From NCBI RefSeq assembly GCF_009914755.1, contig NC_060936.1: a stretch of DNA of 64,000 nt. One strand, given 5' to 3'. The translations under genes and the position numbers were made by a program. A model generated the notes under the pieces. That model was not told the origin of the DNA. It saw only the letters and a program-made list of their open reading frames with translations, and ran no database searches. Within the stretch, counting starts at the first letter, position 1. Each line of letters opens with the position of its first letter. Source of the DNA: the human T2T-CHM13v2.0 reference genome, Homo sapiens. Below are positions 56,305-64,000 of this stretch, piece by piece.

Positions 56305-58217
56305 GGTAGGAGCTCTTTGAAGAAAGAAAAACCCTCTGTCCTCAAAGCTAGATTTTTGTGTAAGAATAGTTAGTGGACAAGACCAATAGGCAAATTTAGA
56401 GAAGGCAAGGTACACATAAATGCTGATAGCGAGAACAGGCACTGCCCAGTCCACTACTTCCCTGGCCCACACCTCTCAGAGTCCCACGACAGCCAAGAAG
56501 TTGTCTGGTGACAGCCAAGAAGTTGTCTGGTGCTGGTGATGCCACCTGGAGGCTAGTGCAAGAAGTACAAGAAATTCCAGAAAAATCTATACAATACTTC
56601 AGCAAAGATGCACAATTAAAACAATAACGCTGATGGAAACATTTGGTTGGAACGAACCACTTAAAATGTACACAACTTAACCACAGTACTCACAAAAATA
56701 ACAATCTTAGTAAAATGACAGCACAATTAAAAAGACAAGTTCTCATTAAAGAAACATAAAGCTTTACTTTTTAAAAGTGTTGCTAGCTTGATGCAAAGCG
56801 TATAAGAACAAGTTGAGCCTATTGATTTATGGAGATAAGAATGTAATAAACAAAAGTTGAGCATGACTCCACCTATGGCCAAATCAAGACAGGAGACAAA
56901 CATGGGATGAGTCATGAGTATCCGGCACAGTATGGTGTTCCTCCGTGGCTTGCTGTGTTCATCTCTGCGGATCTACTTTGCCATTCACTGTTGTTTCTTA
57001 GTGGAATAAAACATTAATGTACTGGGTAAAATTGCATATGAATCATCAAAGCTTTTGCCTTTCACTGACATCATTTCTGTATTAACCAATAATCTATAAG
57101 CTAATTTGCATAACATAAATATCTTTTGTAGTAGAAGAGCCTGTAAGTCACTTTCCCTCCACAGGGCTCAAGAGGATCCTGACCTCCTGAGCATTCAGCA
57201 TCCAACCCCCACCAGTCCCTTCACCTGCCCGCCCCCCCACACCATTTCCTCCAGTCTTTGCAACTTAAACAAGCTCATGATCACTCCTGTTTAACTGATG
57301 TGAATCTCAGTCTCCAAATCCTGATGTTGAGAAAATTTATTTTCTAAAAATCAACTTAATTTTTCATGCCATGCCCCTAGTCTGCCAGGCTGGTAAGAAA
57401 CTGACCTCAGTCATTTTTTTGAGTTTCCCTTTTACTTCCTGGGAGTCATCAGACTATGCGGCCCCATGCAGTACCCACATTTTGGGGGCCCTCCGTCTGT
57501 TCCTACTGGCCTCTGCACAGATGGCCACTCTCCTATATGGTCATTTCAGATCTGGGTGGCTATCTGCTGATTTTGTGTGTTAGTTACAGAATCATGGTTC
57601 ATTTTGTTCTTGCTGCTGGGATCTCTCCCTCACCTGGCCATGTTGCTGCCTCCCTAGTCCACCCCCTGCCTCTCTGAGCCTTGCCATTTCTTTGGGACAC
57701 TGCCACCAAGAGATGTCTGGGACTCCTACTCCTCCTCCATTGCTGGGGACAGCTCTCCTTAATCTCTGGTAATCTGGATACCACTTCTTGCATCTCTGAG
57801 ACACTTTACTCTTTACTTCTGCCTTCACTTCCTCACCTCCTTCCTATCAGTTAACAATCTTTGGGTTGTAAGCTACAGAAAATGCATCTCAAACTGACTT
57901 AAAAGAAAGTATATTGGCTCAAATGACTGCAAATCTAGAAGTGGGGCTTGTTTCAGGCTGCGATTGATTTGGCCAGTCAAATTTTTTTATAGCAATATAT
58001 TCCTATGTTCCAGGCCATGTTCTGGGCACTGGGGATACAGTGGTGTGCAGGTGGATTCTCTGGCCCCCAGTCAAATTACCATATGGTGCAGAGACAAGCT
58101 GCCTCTTCCAAGCCCTGCCCAAATTGCATATTTATGAGCAAATCAGTGATTGTTGCTGTTTTAAGCCACGCAATTTTGGAGTAGCTTGTTACACAGCAAT
58201 GTTATGTGAACACCACC

Positions 58218-58825
58218 TGTGAGTATAGGGACAATGGAATTTTCCCTGTTCTTTTGGGAAGTTTGATGTTTGAGTCCGAGAAATAAACTGACAATAGTCA
58301 GATTAATAGGAGGAAAGACATACAAACTTATCAATATGCACATGGACATGGGAGTCCTGCAATTATAAGACTCCAAGAAGGCCATATGACTGCAGTTTTT
58401 ATACCAGACAGAAGGAAAGAGGGGCTTGGAACATGGTGACAGGTTATGGAAGGGTGAGGGGAGGAAAGGCATGGTGAGCAAAAGCTGTCCTGGGATGCAG
58501 GTAAAGCCTCCCAGGTCGCAGCCCTAAGAAAGAATAGATGGCACCCTGTGGAAAGTTTCTGTAAAAGTGTCAGACCTCTAAAAGGGTCAGACTTTTAGCC
58601 TCCGTTTCCTGAGTGTTAATCTTTCCTGGATCCAGATAAGGGGACTTCAGAGAACACCTCTACATTGCTGTTTTCATCACTAAGGTAGATATCCTCCACA
58701 GATGCAAATCTCCCCTACAAAGGACAGCTTTCCAGAGCCATTCTTGCCTCTGCAGCCCTGCTGAACAGCCATCTTGAATATGCCAAAGATGCATATTTTA
58801 GGGTGGCATATTTTGGTTTCCCACA
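58218..58825 (-). mobile_element. MER34-family LTR
   Basis: Minus strand begins TGTGGGAAACCAAAATATGCCACCCTAAAATATGCATCTTTGGCATA. Confidence 0.75.
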
Positions 58826-59153
58826 TGAGCCCAAAAGAAATCCTAGTATTTATCAATAAATATAAGATTAATGCTAATGAAACACTTTTTATCAAGAATA
58901 AGGAAAGGTATATACTTTGAAATTAGATAATAATAACAACAAGAGTATTTCCCCTGCTCTAAATCACATTGAACAACCTTCCGCAGGTTCCTCACCCTCT
59001 GGCTTCCACATAGGTTTGGCCCCCGGGAGGCACTGGCATTAGACTGGAAGGCAGGAGGAGAGAAATCAGGGTTTACCTCCACCCACTGCCCTCAGTGCCA
59101 CAGCTATTTCAGTGACATCATTTCTGGCAGCGGCTGTGATTCCTCTATGGTTC

Positions 59154-59602
59154 TGAGGAAGAAAGATAAATTTTGGGGTCTCCAAATCACTAAACTAAAA
59201 GGGAAAGGTCAAGCTGGGAACTGTTTAGGGCAAACCTGCCTCCCATTCTATTCAAAGTCATTCGTCTGCTCACTGAGATAAATGCATATCTGATTGCCTC
59301 ATTTGGAGAGGTTGATCAGAAACTCAAAAGAATGCAACCATTTGTCTCTTATCTGCCTATGACCTGGAAGCCCCCTCCCCTCTTCGAGTTGCCCCACTTT
59401 TCCAGACTGAACCAATGTATATCTTACACATATTGCTTGATGTCTCATGTCTCCCTAAAATGTATAAAACCAAGCTGTGCCCCTACCACCTTGGGCACAT
59501 GTCAGGACCTCCAGAGGCTGTGTCACAGGCGTGTGTCCTCAACCTTGGCAAAATAAACTTTCTAAATTATCTGAGACCTGTCTCAGGTTTTTTAGGTTCA
59601 CA
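59154..59602 (+). mobile_element. MER4A1-like solo LTR (ERV1)
   Basis: TG...CA termini, 4-bp TSD GTTC (59150-59153; 59603-59606), typical CCACCTTGGGCACATGTCAGGACCTCC and AATAAA. Confidence 0.85.
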
Positions 59603-60039
59603 GTTCTATTACCTGCTGGACAGCCCCTCTCTCAGGGGTACCAGTTCCTGCCTAGTCAAGACAATTGGCTGTGACAAGACCATTTCGTTCTTTTGTTCCT
59701 CCAGGCCTAAGGATGGGAGCCACTTTCTGCTGTTGATGATCTCTGGGTTGTCTCACTAAACTGCTGGGCTTCTTTGTTCTTCCAACACTAGTTTTCTTTG
59801 TTATTTTTCCTTTGTTTGAAAGACTTAACAAGGTTCCTATTTCCTAGCTTGACCGTGATTGATTCAATCACTAACATTTATTGTGTATTCTAGGATCAAT
59901 CCTATTAGAAAGCTACTATTAGCATCTCCATTTTCCAGATGAGGCAGCTAAGGCACAGAGAGATTAACCTATCTAAGATCCCACGTTTATATTCAGTGCT
60001 ACTCACATCTACAAACAATGAAGTACCATTATAAATTAG

Positions 60040-60354
<315 letters not shown>

Positions 60355-61166
60355 TAAATTAAAGTTGAAAAAACATAGTATTCACTGTCAGGGGACACAA
60401 AGGGGACTTCTCGGGTGCTGGAGTCTTCTGACCTGGGGGTGGTTACATGGGAGTGCTCACATTGTGAACATTCATCAAACTGTGCATTTAGGATTTGGAC
60501 ACTTTTCCATATGTTAGATTTCAATAAAGAGTTTACTGTTCATATGTGTCAATTTTGAAAGCTTCAGAAATCTTCATTTAACTCTTCATTAAACTTGGTT
60601 TTCTCAAACACTGACTTTCAAGATACACTATTTCTTTTTTTAATTTTGAAGATTAGAGTTCTGATTTCAATTCAATTCTACGTTACAGTTTTTGTAGATC
60701 AGTTACGTGACAGACACGTGCTAGGAGTTCGGACTCTAACAGTAAACACAAACATAGCCCACGCCCTAGTGGATGGAGCCCAGTGGGGAAGACAACACTG
60801 AAAGCGAATTGTAACCTGGATGTAGGTCCTACCCAGAAGAAAGATCATAGGAATACAGGAGGTTATAAAAAAAGGAGTTAGTCCAAGCCTAAGCGGAACT
60901 GAAACTAAGACTTGAAGGTTAAAGGTAAGGGGAGGGGGGACTGGCACAAGAAACAAGGGTAAAATCCAGCAAGCAGAGAGAGCAGGAAGTGAAAGGCCAT
61001 TGAGGAGTAGGGAGCAAAGTGGGAGATGGTAGAAGGGAAGGCTCGTGGCACAGCAGTCAGATAAAGCAGGCCCACACAGGCTGTGATTCAGAAATAAATT
61101 TTCCAGTAGAAAAACACTATCATTGGTTACCAATGGCTCTCAGGCCTGCCTGCAGAGAAGTACTAG

Positions 61167-61376
<210 letters not shown>

Positions 61377-61524
61377 TAATGTAGCAGTGAGATGAGATCC
61401 TACCAAAATCCCTTACCACCACCACCACCACTACACTAGGGGCAGAGGTGACAGCAAATTGAGGATACAGGGGGAGGCAAGGGCTTATGGAGCAGGGAAT
61501 CCACGTTTGGGTTATGATTACTAT

Positions 61525-62157
61525 TGTCAGAGGTGTTTGAACCAGAATGACTCCGTCTTAAATAGGGGCTGGGTAAAATAAGGCTGAGACCTACTGGGCT
61601 GCATTCCCAGGAGGTTAAGACATTCTTAGTCACAAGATGAGACAGGAGGTCGACACAAGATACAGGTCATAAAGACCTTGCTGATAAAACAGGTTTCAGT
61701 AAAGAAGACGGCCAAATCCCACCAAAACCAAGATGTTGATGAAAGTGACCTCTGGTCGTCCTCACTGCTCATTATACGCTAATTATAATGCATCAGCATG
61801 CTAAAAGACTCCCACCATCGCCATGACAGTTTACAAATGCCATGGCAACGTCATGAAGTTACCGTACATGGTCTAAAAGGGGGAGGAACCCTCAGTTCTG
61901 GGAATTGTCCACCCATTTCCCAGAAAACTCATGAATAATCCACCCTTGTTTCGTGTATAATCAAGAATTAACAGTAAGTATAAGCAGCTGGGCAGCCAAT
62001 GCCGCTGCTCTGTCTATGGAGTAGCTACTCTTTTGTTTCTTTACTTTCTTAATAAAGTTGCTTTCACTTTACTCTGTGGACTTGCACTGAATTCTTTCTC
62101 GTGCAAGAGCCAAGAACCCTCTCTTGGGATCTGGATTGGGATACCTTTCCAGTAACA
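61525..62157 (+). mobile_element. MER41B solo LTR (ERV1)
   Basis: TGTCAGAGGTGTTTGAACCAG...GGGGCTGGGTAAAATAAGGCTGAGACCTACTGGGCTGCATTCCCAGG start, tandem GAS segment, AATAAA, ...CCAGTAACA end; flanks CTAT/CAAT. Confidence 0.9.
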
Positions 62158-64000
62158 CAATCATGTCTCTGCTCCTAAGCATAAACTCAATACACTGCCA
62201 GCTCCTTTCCTCTCTCATTACACACAGATGAACACCATCTTCCCCTTGTACCTGGGGAATACTTTCCAATTCCTGCTTTAAACAGAATGAAGTCTCACAG
62301 AGTTCCTTGGACTTCAGCCCTTCCTTGAAGCAAACCCATGTCATCAGTAAGACTTTAAGATTGTACAGATAGCAAACAAAGACAAAAATATGAGGATATG
62401 CTCCATTCATCCAAGCAGTAAAAAGATTAACTGAATCCAATTAAAGTGGTGAAGCAGTATGGGGGACGGGGTGGGTTGCAGACTCAAATAGAAACAAAGA
62501 ATTAGATAATGATGTAGCTTAAGCCCAGAAGGTGGGTTCACAAAACCCACCATTTTTACTGGAAAGGTTTGTACTTGAAGTCTCCAGTTAAAGTAAGTGA
62601 CTAATTTTTCAAAAGGCCAAATGCATCCATTTTTGATGCTGAAAAAATCACCCTGGAATTCACATGCTGCCTTGGGCCAAATATCTCTGACAAGAAATAA
62701 ATTCAACTTGCTTGGGATAGGAGGTGCAACTCATTTTGAGATGATATAATTATTCCCTTAGTTATAGTGTATACATGAATTTTAGTTTTGGGAAGATGTA
62801 GAATTAAATATTGAAAAATCAAGAGACCAAATTCACAATATTAATACTTATGTATTAAATTTAGAAACAATCTGTGTATATTTCACATTTACAGTATTTA
62901 TAATGTTTAAAATAATTGGGTGTGTGAGAATATCTGAGAGACTAAGCTTCTAATTCCAACTTGAAATATGTAGTGAAGTAATTGACTTTAGATTTGCAGT
63001 TTATTGCTGAAAGGTGTAAGAGGATTTTATGGTTTGCAAACAGTATGGTATTGAAATGTTTGAGATTCATTATACTGTATTTATAAATTTAATTTAGTCT
63101 GTAAGTGCTTGGGAATGTTTTGCTTGTCAGGGTAGGTGATTAATGTGCTTAAAAAAAGAAAATTGAAAATGTTGAATTTATGAATGCAGTTTACAATGTT
63201 TTAAGGGAAATTTAATTAAACTAAGCTTGTAAACAGAGCTAGTTGAAGGGAGTTTAGTTTGTTCAACTTGAGACTATTAATCAAAGCCCCCTTATTACAA
63301 TGTGCTAGACTTACTAATAGAATAATAAGACTTACTGAACTTAAGAGGCTTAAGGGAAACTAGGCTTTAAATTTTATTATTTTAATAAGTTAAATATTAG
63401 CTTAAAAATAATATTTTTCGTACATCACACCAAACTTTCACCTCTTCCACCCTCCTCCATGGATACCACGCTAAAAGAACAGTCTTTTAATATTTTCTAC
63501 GAGCTTTTACTACTAGCAAGATTGGTAAGAAGGGGGAAAAGAAGGTTCCTGGCCTTGATGAAATTCAATAGTGCAGGAGAAAAAAATTAGGAGAGTGGAG
63601 AAGGAAAGAGAATACTTAAGACCATGAAGCCAATTTAGTTTTGCCTAAGGGGCCATTTATGTATATGGACACACATTTGTTGTAACTGAATGGTGAGGGC
63701 TCCCTTAAATAATGTAACAGTATTGTTATTCAGTTCAAATGTAATTTAATTCAGCTACAATATGAATTAAGTAGTTTTGGGGAACTAGCCTGGAAACTAA
63801 CCATTGACAAAACTGTTCAGATTGGAACAAAATTCTACAGCATTTTTGAACTTTTAAGGGTCAACATTTGAAAGTTTGATGCTAAATGTTGACTTTCACA
63901 AATGAGAGAAAAATGCAAGAATATCCAGGGTAAGTATTGGGAATTAGCTACAAATGACTTTCCCTTTCCCTGAAAGATAACAATGCATAGTTTTGTATAG

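Noticed and set aside
56489-56532. 22-bp tandem repeat (also a 23-bp one near 2425-2470) as a CRISPR-like or functional array
   Set aside because: Two copies only and no spacers; ordinary slippage duplication in eukaryotic DNA.
62450-64000. AT-rich, 3'UTR-like unique sequence at the right end
   Set aside because: No ORF, splice structure or RNA-gene signature I can support.

Overview
Primate (almost certainly human) genomic DNA, AT-rich and repeat-dense. It contains the 5' end of the circadian clock gene CRY1 on the minus strand. A CpG-island promoter lies at about 44.3-45.8 kb. Exon 1 has a long GC-rich 5'UTR with two uORFs and 158 coding bases (44594-44437, [53 protein letters not shown]). 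Positions 1-44436 are intron 1, and about 19 kb of upstream DNA follows the promoter. No other protein-coding gene is supported: the listed ORFs are Alu, L1, LTR, low-complexity or GC-island artefacts. The rest is about 30 Alus, old L1/L2 fragments, a 3.8-kb L1PA with a 17-bp TSD, a full THE1 provirus, and MST/MLT1/MER4/MER34/MER41/LTR33 LTRs and MER DNA transposons. The most notable observations are: (1) a G-to-A hypermutated (APOBEC3-like) MST provirus whose edits appear to have created the TT/AAAA site later used by the L1PA; (2) a MER41B LTR upstream of CRY1 with both STAT GAS motifs intact; (3) three short local templated insertions, one with a fold-back hairpin; (4) candidate E-box, D-box and RORE clock elements, several transposon-derived. 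I see no evidence of a wholly new gene system. Repeat subfamily names come from recalled consensus sequences, and boundaries of old repeats are approximate.
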